A stretch of 64,000 bases of DNA from Polyangiales bacterium (GCA_964202905.1 CAXNJO010000007.1:128001-192000), one strand, 5' to 3'. Shown: positions 1-9,892, counted from the first letter of the stretch. Program-made: numbers and translations. Notes: generated from the letters alone by a model not told the origin.

Positions 1-320
1 CGCGGCTCGTCGCGGCGAAGCTCATCGACGCGGACGATCGGCTCGTCTGGGAGCGCACGCCCGCGGATCTCGCGGCGCGTTTCCCAGGGACGCGCGGCGC
101 GATCTACGGCACCTCGTCGAACGGCATGCTCGCGGCCTTCCAGCGCCCGCCGAACCGCGTCGCCGCCGTGCCCGGCCTCTACCTCGCGTCCGGCAGCGCG
201 CACCCGGGCGGCGGCATGCCGCTCTGCGTGCTCTCCGGGCGGCGCGCCGCGGATCAGGCGCTCGAGGACGGTCTCGTCCGCGCGCGCAGCGCCCCGCTTC
301 CTGCCGCGAACGGCCTGTAG
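1..320 (+). CDS. Phytoene desaturase (CrtI/CrtD) family protein, C-terminal fragment (5' end outside window)
   Basis: Frame from base 3 reads ...ERTPADLAARFPGTRGAIYG...GLYLASGSAHPGGGMPLCVLSGR, the typical carotenoid desaturase C-terminus. Confidence 0.85.
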   Translation, partial: RLVAAKLIDADDRLVWERTPADLAARFPGTRGAIYGTSSNGMLAAFQRPPNRVAAVPGLYLASGSAHPGGGMPLCVLSGRRAADQALEDGLVRARSAPLPAANGL

Positions 321-387
321 CCAAGCGCCGCCTCGAGGCCTGCGCGGGGCCGTTCCGCGACCGTTCGGGGCGTGAGATAGTGCGCGC

Positions 388-1573
388 GTGAAGCCCAGCG
401 ACCACCCCGTGCGTCTGTTCTCCGCGCTCACGCCCCTCCTCGTCCTCGTCACCGTGTTCGCCGCGCTCGCGCTGCCGGCGACGGGCCGCGCGCAGACCAC
501 CGGCGGCAGCTTCGGCGGCGGCGACTTCTCCGACCCGCCTCCATCCGGCGGCGACTTCTCCGACCCGCCTCCATCCGGCGGCGGCTCGGGATCGTCCGGG
601 TGGGAGGCGCCGCCGAGCGCGCCGTCGACGGGGTGGGCTCCCCCGCCTAGCGCGCCGTCGACGGGGTGGGAGGCGCCGCCTAGCGCGCCGTCGACGGGGT
701 GGGCTCCCCCGCCGGATGGCTGCGTGGGGGGACTCGGTGGGCTCTGCTTCTGCCTCGGGGTGGTCGCGCTGCTCATCTTCCTCGCCACGCGGAAGAACGA
801 CGGGCGCCTCGGCCGCCGCGGGCGGGGCCAGCTACGTCGGCGCGACGGGCGGGATGTTCCTCAGCCATATCACGCTCGGCATCGACTGGCGCGCGCGGCG
901 TGACCTCCAGGAGCAGCTCGCGCGGCTCGCGGCGAGCGGCCAGACGGGCACGAAGGACGGGCGCGCGATGCTCCTCCGCGAGACGGTCCTCGCGCTGCGC
1001 CGCGCGGAGATCGCCTGGCTCTACGCGGCCTACAAAGACTCTGGCGCGCCGCTCGGGGGCCCGCAGGCGCAGGCGGCCTTCCAGTCCGCGGCGAGCGAGG
1101 CGCGCGCGCGCTTCCGGCAGGAGCTCGTGCGGAACGCGGACGGCACGCTCGTGCAGAACCCGACGCCCGAGATGCGGGCGAGCGCGAGCGAGGGGCAGGG
1201 CACCGTCGTCGTGTCGCTCGTGGTCGTCGCGCGGCGTGGCCTCACGACCGTCTCGAACCTCGGCGACGCGGGGCAGATCCGCGCGGCGCTGCAGGAGCGC
1301 GGCGCGCTCGACGCGGACACGCTCGTCGCGCTCGAGGTGGTGTGGTCCCCCGCGGCCGAGAACGACCGCATGAGCAGCGCCGAGCTCGAGCAGAACTACC
1401 CGGAGCTGCGGCTCATCGACCCCGCGAGCATCGCCGGACGCCTCTTCTGCCGCTACTGCAACGGCCCCTTCGCGCAGGAGCTGCTCAACTGCCCGCACTG
1501 CGGCGCCCCGGCCCCGAAGGTCGAGCAGGGCGAAGCGCAGGGCCCCGGGCCGGCGCGGCTCGGCGGTGGCTGA
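388..1573 (+). CDS. DUF1517-family membrane protein with C-terminal zinc ribbon (apparent +1 frameshift near 800-830)
   Basis: ORF 388-903 has a signal peptide, GGSFGGG, a Pro-rich linker and a TM helix. ORF 716-1573 has LRETVLALRR, VVVSLVV, LEVVWSP..DRMSSAELEQNYPEL, then CRYC..CPHC. Confidence 0.75.
517..714 (+). repeat. Intragenic tandem repeats: 2 x 30 bp (GGDFSDPPPS) and about 3.5 x 33 bp (GW[E/A][A/P]PPSAPST)
   Basis: Visible directly: 517-546 = 547-576; 33-bp units start at 598, 631, 664 and 697. Confidence 0.9.
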
Positions 1574-1615
1574 CGCGGCGGCTGACGCGACAGCTGGCGG
1601 ATCGGCGGGCGCAGG

Positions 1616-1730
1616 GTGAGACGGGATATGTCCCACCGTCCTGCCGTCCGCGCCTGCGTCGGGGTGGGACGGAATATGTCCCACAGTGCGCCTCTCGAGG
1701 AGGCTCGCGTTGGGACGGGATATGTCCCAC
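1616..1730. repeat. Three 21-bp palindromic REP-like elements GTGGGAC-N7-GTCCCAC
   Basis: Copies at 1616-1636, 1664-1684 and 1710-1730, in the gap between convergent genes. Confidence 0.85.
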
Positions 1731-1750
1731 CGCCCCGCCGTCCGCGCGGG

Positions 1751-3403
1751 CTACTTGGCCTTGCGCTTGCGGCGGCGCAGCAGCCACATGCGCGCGCCGT
1801 GCGCGACCACCCACAGGAGCGCGGCGGCGATGAACGCGACGCCGAGCACGAACGAGCGCTGCGCGATCAGCACGGCGCCCCCGAGCAGCAGCGCGCCGAC
1901 GACGAACCCGCTGTAGACACGCCGCCCGAGTCCGTCGAAGGCCCGGTCGCGCGCCGCGTCCTCGGTGCGCAGCACGAGCCGCCCGAGGCGGATGTCCTCG
2001 AGCACGTCCTGCAGCTGCACGGGCAGCTCGCTCGCGGCGCCGCCGATGCGCGAGGCGGTGCGCACGAGCTCCGCGCTCATCTTCTCGGGCGAGTACCGCT
2101 GCCAGAAGAGCTTGAGGAAATAGGGCTTCACCTCGCCGAAGACGTCGAGCGTCGGGTGGATCTCCTTGCCGATCCCCTCGACCGTCATCAGCGCCTTGCC
2201 GACCATCAGGAAGTCGGGCGGGATCTCGAGCCCGAACTTCGTCGCGCCGCCGACGAGGTCGCGGATGAGCGCGCTCATCTCGATGTCCTGCAGCGTCTTG
2301 CCGAGGTAGCGATCCGCGAGCCGCGCGACCTCGGCGTCGAAGGCGCGGCGCTCGATCTTGCGCGTCGGCTTGCCGATGGCGAAGAGCGCGTCGGCGATGC
2401 TCTTGTGGTCCTCGCGCGCGACCGCGACCATCAGGTCGATGGTGCGGTCGCGCATCTCCGTCGTGAGCCGCCCGACGAGCCCGAGGTCGATCATCCCGAG
2501 CACGGGGGCGTCCGGCGTGCCGAGGATCAGCAGGTTCCCGGGGTGCGGGTCGGCGTGGAAGAAGCCGTCCTCGAAGATCTGCTGGATGAGGATGTGCAGC
2601 GTGTTGTGCGCGATCCGCTCGCCGCTGTGACCGCCCGCGACCGCGTCGTACACCTTCGCGCCGTCGAGGAACTCGAGCGTCAACATGCGGCGCGACGACG
2701 CCTCGCGGTACACCTGCGGGAAGTGGACCGTGCCGATCCCCTGAAAATTGCGGGTGAAACGCGCGGCGTTGTCGGCCTCGAGGTGGTAGTCGAGCTCGGC
2801 CATGATCGAGCGCTCGAACTCCTCGACGAGCCGCACGGGGCCGTAGATCCGCGACTCGGGGATCGAGCGCTCGACGGCGCGCGCGAGCCAATGCAGCAGG
2901 TCGAGGTCGCGCTCGATCGTCGGCTTGATGTTGGGCCGCTGGAGCTTCACCACGACGTCGACCGGGCCCTCCGGCGTCCGCAGCGTCGCGCGGTGCACCT
3001 GCCCGATCGACGCGGAGGCGAGCGGCGTCTCGTCGAACGTCTCGTAGACGTCGGAGAGCGGCGCGCCGAGGGCCTCCTCGACGCTCTCGCGCAGCTGGTC
3101 GAAGGGCACCGGCGGGACGCGGTCCTGGAGCTTCTTCAGCTCCGCGATCACCTCCGCGGGGACGAGGTCCGAGCGCGTCGAGATGATCTGCCCGAGCTTC
3201 ACGGCGCTCGGCCCGAGCTCCTCCATCGCGAGCCGCAGCCGCGCGCCGACGGCGACCTTCTCCCCGTCGGCGCCCGCGCCGGCGCCGAGCAGCGAGCCGA
3301 GCCCCGTGCGCTGCACGATCTCGCCGAAGCCGTGCCGCCCGAGGACGCCCACGATCTGGCGGAGCCGCTCGAGATCGCGGGCGGTGTTGAGGATCCCTGC
3401 CAT
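1751..3403 (-). CDS. ubiB: ABC1/AarF/UbiB family atypical kinase
   Basis: ELGPSAVKLGQIISTR, PLASASIGQVH, VVVKLQRP, FFHADPHPGN, IDLGLVG; two C-terminal TM helices. Start placed at MAGILNT. Confidence 0.9.
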   Translation of the reverse strand: MAGILNTARDLERLRQIVGVLGRHGFGEIVQRTGLGSLLGAGAGADGEKVAVGARLRLAMEELGPSAVKLGQIISTRSDLVPAEVIAELKKLQDRVPPVPFDQLRESVEEALGAPLSDVYETFDETPLASASIGQVHRATLRTPEGPVDVVVKLQRPNIKPTIERDLDLLHWLARAVERSIPESRIYGPVRLVEEFERSIMAELDYHLEADNAARFTRNFQGIGTVHFPQVYREASSRRMLTLEFLDGAKVYDAVAGGHSGERIAHNTLHILIQQIFEDGFFHADPHPGNLLILGTPDAPVLGMIDLGLVGRLTTEMRDRTIDLMVAVAREDHKSIADALFAIGKPTRKIERRAFDAEVARLADRYLGKTLQDIEMSALIRDLVGGATKFGLEIPPDFLMVGKALMTVEGIGKEIHPTLDVFGEVKPYFLKLFWQRYSPEKMSAELVRTASRIGGAASELPVQLQDVLEDIRLGRLVLRTEDAARDRAFDGLGRRVYSGFVVGALLLGGAVLIAQRSFVLGVAFIAAALLWVVAHGARMWLLRRRKRKAK

Positions 3404-3443
3404 GGGCGTCGGGGTCGTGCGCGCGCGGCCGGTCGCAGCGCGC

Positions 3444-4421
3444 TCAGTGGCCGTCGTGCGCCGCGGCCGGTGCGGCGGGCGCCGTCGCTCCGGGTGCGCT
3501 CGCCGTAGCCGGGGCGGAGGCGGGCGCGGCGGCGGGCGTGCACGACGCGGCGACGGTGAAGGTGCGCGTCGTGTCGTTGAAGGGCCCCGCGACGGGCTGG
3601 CCATCGGCGCCGATCAGCGTGAGGTGGAGGCGGTGCTCGCCCTCGGGGAGGTTCTCGATGAAGTGCGGGACCCAGCGCGTGATCTCGCCGCTCGCCGCGT
3701 CGTCGATCGCGTAGCGGACCTTGAAACCCTCCGCGGAGAGGGCCGCGTTGGTGACGAAGAAGTCGAGCAGCACGCGCTGCCCGAGCACGTTGCAGCCCTT
3801 CGGGCGCGAGTAGGTGAGCAGCGGCGCGCTCGGGTTGAAGGAGAAGCCCGGGGTCGCCGCGCGGACCGCGAACGTCACCACCTGGAACGCCGCGCCCGAC
3901 TTCACGGACTCGTGCTGCGGGCGGCTCGGGAAGACGCGCAGGACGTGCGAGCCCTCGGCCAGCTCGTGCCCGAGGTTCGTGCGGACGAGGGCCGCGAGAT
4001 CGACGGGCTGCGAGAGGTCGCGCACCGCGAAGTACGGCTCGTCGTCGACGATGAAGTGCACGTGGTTGCCCGGATCCGCGGAGAGCGCCCAGTCGCGCAG
4101 CGTCGCGCGCACGAGCACCGGCGGCCGCGCGATCGTCGCGCCGTTGCGCGGCGCGGTCAGCAGCAGGGACGCCATCGGGCCTTCGACGGGCGTGCTCTCG
4201 CCGGCGATGACGGTGATGGGCGGCGGCCCGCTCGGCTGCGGCTCCGGCATCGGCGGCTCATCGACGCGCACGACCTCGACGGTGGCCTCGCCGTTCTCGC
4301 GCGGGGGTGTCGCGGCGGCAGCTGCGGCGTGCGTGGACGCGCCGCAGGCAGCGCTCAGGGAGATCGAGGCGAGGGCCGCGGCGAGGGTGAGCAGTTCGAA
4401 CTTCGCGAGGTGTCGGCGCAT
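3444..4421 (-). CDS. Hypothetical lipoprotein with Ig-like domains
   Basis: Lipobox LSAAC; NHVHFIVDDEPY, GSHVLRVFPSRPQHESVK, PLLTYSRPKG; strong GC3 codon bias. Confidence 0.7.
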   Translation of the reverse strand: MRRHLAKFELLTLAAALASISLSAACGASTHAAAAAATPPRENGEATVEVVRVDEPPMPEPQPSGPPPITVIAGESTPVEGPMASLLLTAPRNGATIARPPVLVRATLRDWALSADPGNHVHFIVDDEPYFAVRDLSQPVDLAALVRTNLGHELAEGSHVLRVFPSRPQHESVKSGAAFQVVTFAVRAATPGFSFNPSAPLLTYSRPKGCNVLGQRVLLDFFVTNAALSAEGFKVRYAIDDAASGEITRWVPHFIENLPEGEHRLHLTLIGADGQPVAGPFNDTTRTFTVAASCTPAAAPASAPATASAPGATAPAAPAAAHDGH

Positions 4422-4549
4422 GACGGTCTCCTGCGGCGGCGGGCTCGCCCGTCGCGTCGCGGCGCAGATCTAGTCGCTCACGCGGGCGCCTTCCAGTCGC
4501 GGCACGCGCGCGTGCCTGCGGCGTCAGGCGTCGCGCTGCGTGTCCGGGC

Positions 4550-5440
4550 TCACGAGCCGCCCTCGACCTCGCCGCCGACCCACGCGACCGCGTGGCTCAT
4601 CGTGCGCGTATTCCAGGCGAATCCGGGGCGCCCGTGGCGATCGACGACCACGATGCCGCCCGAGCCCGCGACGCGCGCGCCGAACATCGCGATGGCCGCG
4701 CGTGCGGCTTCGGGCGCGGGGACGCCGCTCCGCATCAGGTCGACCGCCACGCGGGAGAGCGTCACGCGGATGATCGCCTCGCCGGCGCCCGTCGCGGAGC
4801 ACGCGCCGCCCTCGTCGTCCGCGTACGTGCCGCAGCCGGGCAGCGGCGAGTCGCCGATGCGCCCTGGCAGTTTGCCCACCGTGCCGCCCGTGCTCGTCGC
4901 CGCGGCCACGCGCCCCTCGGCATCCCGCGCGACGGCGCCGACCGTGCCGCCCGCCCAGCCCGGCCCCGCGCGCCCCGCGAGCACGAGCTTCAGGCGCTCG
5001 GCCGCGTCTGGGGTGCACATCGCCTCGAGCGTCGACGGCGAAAACCCCGCGCGCTCCGCGAAGGCCCGCGCGCCCTCGGCCGCGTAGAGCACGTGCCGCG
5101 CGTCTTCGAGCACCGCGCGGGCAATCGCGATCGGATGTTGGAAGGGCGGCAGCACCGTCACGGCGCCTGCGCGCAGCGTCGTGCCCTCCATCACCGAGGC
5201 GTCGAACTCGAGCGTGCCCGTCGCCGTGAGGCACGCGCCCGTGCCCGCGTTGAAGAGCGGGTCGTCCTCGAGCGCCTCGACCGCGGCCTGCACCGCGTCG
5301 AGCGCGCTCCCGCCCTGCGCGAGCACGTCGCGCCCCACCGCGGCCGCGCGCTTCGCGCCCTCTTCGTGCAGCGGCCGGCGCGCATCCGGCACATCGCCCG
5401 CGCCGCCGTGCACGGCGACGAGCGCCCGCGGCGCGCTCAT
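4550..5440 (-). CDS. iaaA: Isoaspartyl peptidase / L-asparaginase (Ntn hydrolase)
   Basis: VHGGAG, LEDDPLFNAG, GTVGAVA (Thr nucleophile), ATSTGG, GRIGDSP, CSATGAGE. Confidence 0.92.
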   Translation of the reverse strand: MSAPRALVAVHGGAGDVPDARRPLHEEGAKRAAAVGRDVLAQGGSALDAVQAAVEALEDDPLFNAGTGACLTATGTLEFDASVMEGTTLRAGAVTVLPPFQHPIAIARAVLEDARHVLYAAEGARAFAERAGFSPSTLEAMCTPDAAERLKLVLAGRAGPGWAGGTVGAVARDAEGRVAAATSTGGTVGKLPGRIGDSPLPGCGTYADDEGGACSATGAGEAIIRVTLSRVAVDLMRSGVPAPEAARAAIAMFGARVAGSGGIVVVDRHGRPGFAWNTRTMSHAVAWVGGEVEGGS

Positions 5441-5874
5441 CGCGGCCGCACGCTCGCGAGGAGCCTCGGCAGCTCGCTCCGCGCGTCGAAGCGGAGCACC
5501 GCGCGCGCGACCTCCGTCTCGCCGAGGTAGAGGCTCCCCGGGAGCTGCGTGAGCGTGAGGGCGGGGCGCAGCAGGTCGATGTCGACCTCGCCGTGGAAGC
5601 GCGCGTCGCGCGCGTCGTTCGTCGGGAAGCGGAAGTCCCACACGATCTTCGCGCGGAGCGGCGCGAGCGTGAGGGTCCCGCGCAGCGGCTGACCGTCGGC
5701 GAAACCCTGCGCGTCGATCTCGCCCGTGAGCGCGAGCGTCGGATCGAGCGCGAAACGCAGCACATCCTCGACGCGCGCCTGCACGCGGATGGCCATCGGG
5801 TGCTCGACCCCGGGCGACGCGAGCGTGTGGTAACTCCCCGCGAGCGTCTCGCGGAACTCGAAGCCGAGGCTCAC
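5437..5874 (-). CDS. Hypothetical protein, translationally coupled to iaaA
   Basis: 145-aa ORF with coding-like codon usage; ATGA overlap with the iaaA start. Confidence 0.7.
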   Translation of the reverse strand: MSLGFEFRETLAGSYHTLASPGVEHPMAIRVQARVEDVLRFALDPTLALTGEIDAQGFADGQPLRGTLTLAPLRAKIVWDFRFPTNDARDARFHGEVDIDLLRPALTLTQLPGSLYLGETEVARAVLRFDARSELPRLLASVRPR

Positions 5875-6048
5875 GCGGACCTCCCGCAGCGTGGTGGGAT
5901 GCGGAGAACGCGACTCGAATCGAGGGGTGTCGACATCGCGTGCGACGCTACCACGGCGGGTGCGGCGCGCGCGCCGCGTCGGACGCGCGTGCCGAGCGTG
6001 AAGGCTCCGGCGCGGGGCTGAGTCGACCCCGCGTCGCGCGCAGCGCCT

Positions 6049-7032
6049 TCAGCGCACGCACCCCGCGAGGAAATCGCGGAGCGCAGGCGTCAGCGTCGTC
6101 TCGCCCGGGCGTCCCACCGCGTCGTTCACGCCCTCGTGGCTGTACGCGTCGACGGCGACGATGTCGGCGGGGACGCCCGCGGCGACGAGCGCGTCGCGGA
6201 AGCGGTTGGTGACGGCCTGCCGGGCTGCGGTGCCGCGGCGCGCGAGCAGGAAGGCGCCGATGCCCGCCCCCGCGCGGACATGCGTGATCGGCGACGCCTC
6301 GACCCACGTCGTCGGGTCCTCGCCGAAGGCGTTGAGGTACGTCGTGCGCAGCATGCCCGTCGCATCCGCGAGCACCGCCGCGACGTCGTACCCCTCGGTG
6401 TCGAGGGCCCCCGTACAGCGGATATCCGCCGGGCCGAGCCCGTGCGCCGCGAGCAGCGTCGGTGAGGTGGCGACGAGCGAGACGAGGTGCGCGCCCGCCG
6501 AGTGGCCGAGGAGGACGACGCGCGTGCCGTCTCCGCCGTACTCCGCGGCGTGTGCCTCGACCCACGCGACGGCGCGGGCGACGTCCTCCGCGTGGGTCGG
6601 GTGTCGGACGGGCTCGGGTGTGGGCGTCGCGCCGGGGGAGGGTGAGAGTCGGTAATTGACGCTGATGAAGAGAAATCCCTCGCTCGCGAAGAAGGGTCTT
6701 TTGTCGGTGAGTTGATTGCGTTTGTCGCCGACGGCCCACGCGCCGCCATGGACCCACACCACCACGGGCGCGCCATCGCCCGTGGGCTGTGGATACACAT
6801 CGAGCCTCCGCAGCGGGTCGCCGGGCGCGGACTCGTCGTAGGGGACGTCGAACACCGGTGTCCGTGGCGTGGCGGCGTCGCCGAGGAGCCCCGCGTCGAT
6901 CGGCGCGCCCGAATCCCCTGCATCGCCTGATCCGATGTCGGGTGTTCCGGCGTCTTCCGCGGTCTTCGAGGTGCGGCGGGGACCGCAGGCGAAGAGCGTC
7001 AGCGCGAGGGCGGCGGCGAGGATGACACGCAT
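6049..7032 (-). CDS. Alpha/beta hydrolase (esterase/lipase, HSL-like) lipoprotein
   Basis: Lipobox LFAC; VHGGAW oxyanion motif; VNYRL; GHSAG nucleophile elbow; late His (YSH). Confidence 0.9.
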   Translation of the reverse strand: MRVILAAALALTLFACGPRRTSKTAEDAGTPDIGSGDAGDSGAPIDAGLLGDAATPRTPVFDVPYDESAPGDPLRRLDVYPQPTGDGAPVVVWVHGGAWAVGDKRNQLTDKRPFFASEGFLFISVNYRLSPSPGATPTPEPVRHPTHAEDVARAVAWVEAHAAEYGGDGTRVVLLGHSAGAHLVSLVATSPTLLAAHGLGPADIRCTGALDTEGYDVAAVLADATGMLRTTYLNAFGEDPTTWVEASPITHVRAGAGIGAFLLARRGTAARQAVTNRFRDALVAAGVPADIVAVDAYSHEGVNDAVGRPGETTLTPALRDFLAGCVR

Positions 7033-7193
7033 GGCGCGAGCCTATCTAACTGCCCCGACGTTCGGAAGACCGCTTTGCAGTCGCGGCCTCGGCGAACGCG
7101 TGCTCGTTCTCGAGGCGCGCTTCAGTTCTCGGCGAACTGCTCGTCGTCGCGCTCAGCGTGTTCGCCTGAGCAGGCGGGATGCGAGAATCGTAT

Positions 7194-8255
7194 TCAGACT
7201 CGCAGCTCGCCGAATCTCGTCGTCGGACGCGGCCCATCCTCGTCATCGAAGACCAACGTGCGCTCGGGCCAGCGCAGCGCGGCGAGGCCGCCCGTGAATC
7301 CCGCGCTCACACCGCGGTGACGCTCGGTGAAGCGGCGCCCGACGCTGTAATCCACGCAATACACGTGTCCCGACCACTCCTGGGGCTGGAGGTCGTCCCA
7401 GACATCCGGCTTGTCGGGGATGGAATCACCCCGTCGACGCCAGTAATGCCCGATGACCGTGGGGCGATCGATGGGCTCTTGCCACCAGCGCTTGCGCCGC
7501 GCGAATCGCCACTTGCCGCCCGTGAAGAAATGGCCACCCTCCGGGACGCTCTCTTCGAGCCCGGACGTGAGGATCTTGATCGGATTGTCACTCTGCAGCG
7601 CCACATCCTCTGCGGCCACGGCCGCGAGATGCCGGTTTGGCTCGATGTTCTGCACGCGGAGATTCGCGAATTCCGCGCGCTCGGCCTTAGCCCGCTGGGT
7701 AATTCCGCAGGCGTGGAGTTGCGATTGAATCTCTTGCTCCTTCGCCGCGGCGAGCGCCGCCGGGTCACCCTCCCTCGGGAGCGCACGCGCGGCGTTTTCC
7801 TGCCAGCACGCGTGCACCACGCGCAGATCCTCGCGCTCGAGCGCAAGCGGCAAATCCCTGAGAAAACGCGTGATCGTGGCGCGCTCGTCGTCCGTCGCGA
7901 GGCGCGAGCGGAAGGGCTGCGTGCCCCCCGCATGTTGCCAGTGGTCGTGCGGGTCGTCGCGGAACCAGCCGTTGCCCTCCTTCCGGTCACCCGCGAGCAG
8001 ATTCAGCTCGTGGTTGCCGAGGACCGCCTGCGCGATGCCCGCGCTCATCAGCCGCTCGACGAGCTGGACGACTGCGACGCTGTCGGGGCCCCGGTCGACG
8101 AGGTCGCCCACGAAGACCAGCGGCCGTGCCGCGGTGCGCTTCTCCGGGTCGACGCCGAGCCGGTCCAGGAGCGCGAGCAGGGCCTCGACCTCCCCGTGCA
8201 CGTCTCCGATCACATCGAGGGGGCCGGGAGCGAGGGTTTGAATCAGGCGCGGCAT
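7194..8255 (-). CDS. Calcineurin-like metallophosphoesterase (ApaH/PrpE-like)
   Basis: GDVHG, GDLVDRGP, GNHE, VVHA, GHYW motifs. Confidence 0.88.
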   Translation of the reverse strand: MPRLIQTLAPGPLDVIGDVHGEVEALLALLDRLGVDPEKRTAARPLVFVGDLVDRGPDSVAVVQLVERLMSAGIAQAVLGNHELNLLAGDRKEGNGWFRDDPHDHWQHAGGTQPFRSRLATDDERATITRFLRDLPLALEREDLRVVHACWQENAARALPREGDPAALAAAKEQEIQSQLHACGITQRAKAERAEFANLRVQNIEPNRHLAAVAAEDVALQSDNPIKILTSGLEESVPEGGHFFTGGKWRFARRKRWWQEPIDRPTVIGHYWRRRGDSIPDKPDVWDDLQPQEWSGHVYCVDYSVGRRFTERHRGVSAGFTGGLAALRWPERTLVFDDEDGPRPTTRFGELRV

Positions 8256-8393
8256 GGGGGCGAGGGTAGCGCGGCGCACGCGGGCGCGGTCGCTGTCCGC
8301 GGTGGGTTTGCGCGGATTCTCGGGACGTCCTCGGAGGTGCGCGCGCCGCGCCCGCCAGTGAATCGCGGGACGCGGGCGATGGCTGCGCCGCGC

Positions 8394-9740
8394 TCAGCGC
8401 AGACGCCCGTCGAGCACGCGCCCGATCACCGATCGATACAAGGCGGCGAGTCGCTCGTCGGCCGCGGCGGAGTCGCCGCGCGCGGGCAGATGCGTGGCGA
8501 TCACGAACTCCTTGCCGCGGTCGGGGATCGGCGCGCCCGAGGCGTCGAGCTCGGGGAGACACGCATACGCGACGTGCACGAACTCGCCGCCTCGCGAGGG
8601 CCCATATCCCAACTTCCCGAAGACACGCCACCGCCCTGCGCTCCGGCGCTCCATCGCCGCGACGTCGAAGGCCTGTTGCACGTAGATCGCCGTGTCGGCC
8701 TGCATGCCGCCGACGGTGCCGTCGCGGTACCAGACGGGGCGCGCGGCCCCATAGAGCAGCGTCTCGACATCGGCCCACTGCAGCGCCGGCATGCGCTCGC
8801 CGGCGCGGATCTCGCGGTGCATCGCGACCCGCCTCAGCGCGTCCGCGAGCGCGTCGGTCGAGAGCTGGTTCGTGTAGCCGCTCGTGGAATCCGGGGTGAT
8901 CGGGGCCGTGAGCGCGTCGTTCTCGAGCACATACGGGAGGAGCGCCGAGGGCGCGCCGTAGTTCCCGCCGAAGGACTCGGTCGACGGGCGGCCCAGCCAC
9001 GATTGCACGAGGTCGCGCGCGCGCGGCCGACCGCCGACGTCGTGGAACCAGCGCGAGAGCGCGTTCGAGGTGAAGCGTCGCTCGTCGTACTGGTGGATGG
9101 CCGTGACGAGGTCGCCGAGCGGCACGCCGTCGACCCGCGCGTCGAGGCCGAGTCGATAGCGCGTGAGCGCGCGGAGCCGGGCGGCCGCGTTCGCCGCGGC
9201 GAGCCACTTGGTGCTGCTCCAGGGCTGCACGGGCGTCGCGTGCCGGGGCGTGCCGAGCCAGCGGAACGTCGGGCGGTCGCCGACGCGGCGGACGAGCGCC
9301 ACGCTCATCGCGACGTCGTCCGGGACGAGGCCCCGGAGCGCGTTGGTGTCCACATCGAGCGGTCGGCCGTCGTCGACGTAGCGGACCGACGCGCCGCCGT
9401 CCGCGGGGGTCGCGAGCGTGGAGGTCGCGACGTTGGGGCAGCGCCACGCGCGGTCGCGGTTCGAGGGCGTGCGCCGGGCGCAGCGCGTGTCGTCGAGGTA
9501 GCGGAAGTAATCGGGGGAGGCGCTGCCGCACGCGACGTCCGCGGCCCCGGTCTGGTAGGTGCGGTCGAGGGCGGCCCGGGTCTCGCCTTCACCCTCGCTG
9601 AGGGAGGCGCCGCCGTCCGCGCCGCCCGTCCACGTGCCTTCGTCGTGGCCGCCCGTCGCGCACGCGGGCACGGTGACGAGCGCGGCGAGGAGCGCGGCGA
9701 GCGCGCTGCGTGGGGTGTGCAGATCCGGGCGAAGTCGCAT
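8394..9740 (-). CDS. Secreted lipoprotein with divergent penicillin-binding protein/beta-lactamase-like motifs
   Basis: Lipobox VPAC; SSTK (SxxK), TSN and GKLG in the expected order. Confidence 0.55.
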   Translation of the reverse strand: MRLRPDLHTPRSALAALLAALVTVPACATGGHDEGTWTGGADGGASLSEGEGETRAALDRTYQTGAADVACGSASPDYFRYLDDTRCARRTPSNRDRAWRCPNVATSTLATPADGGASVRYVDDGRPLDVDTNALRGLVPDDVAMSVALVRRVGDRPTFRWLGTPRHATPVQPWSSTKWLAAANAAARLRALTRYRLGLDARVDGVPLGDLVTAIHQYDERRFTSNALSRWFHDVGGRPRARDLVQSWLGRPSTESFGGNYGAPSALLPYVLENDALTAPITPDSTSGYTNQLSTDALADALRRVAMHREIRAGERMPALQWADVETLLYGAARPVWYRDGTVGGMQADTAIYVQQAFDVAAMERRSAGRWRVFGKLGYGPSRGGEFVHVAYACLPELDASGAPIPDRGKEFVIATHLPARGDSAAADERLAALYRSVIGRVLDGRLR

Positions 9741-9892
9741 ACGCGCGCTGCTTCGCAGGTTCCGTGCCGGGTCCGGCCGGACGCGGGCGCGCCGGAGGGT
9801 GGGTTCGCCGACGCGGCGTCGTCAGCCGCGCACCGCTTCGTCGCGACCGCCGCGCCGCGCACGAAGGCGGTGGGTGCGCGTCACCGGCGGGG

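Noticed and set aside
1616..1730. CRISPR array
   Set aside because: Only three 21-bp units, the flank after copy 3 repeats the first spacer, and there is no leader or cas gene. REP-like is the better reading.
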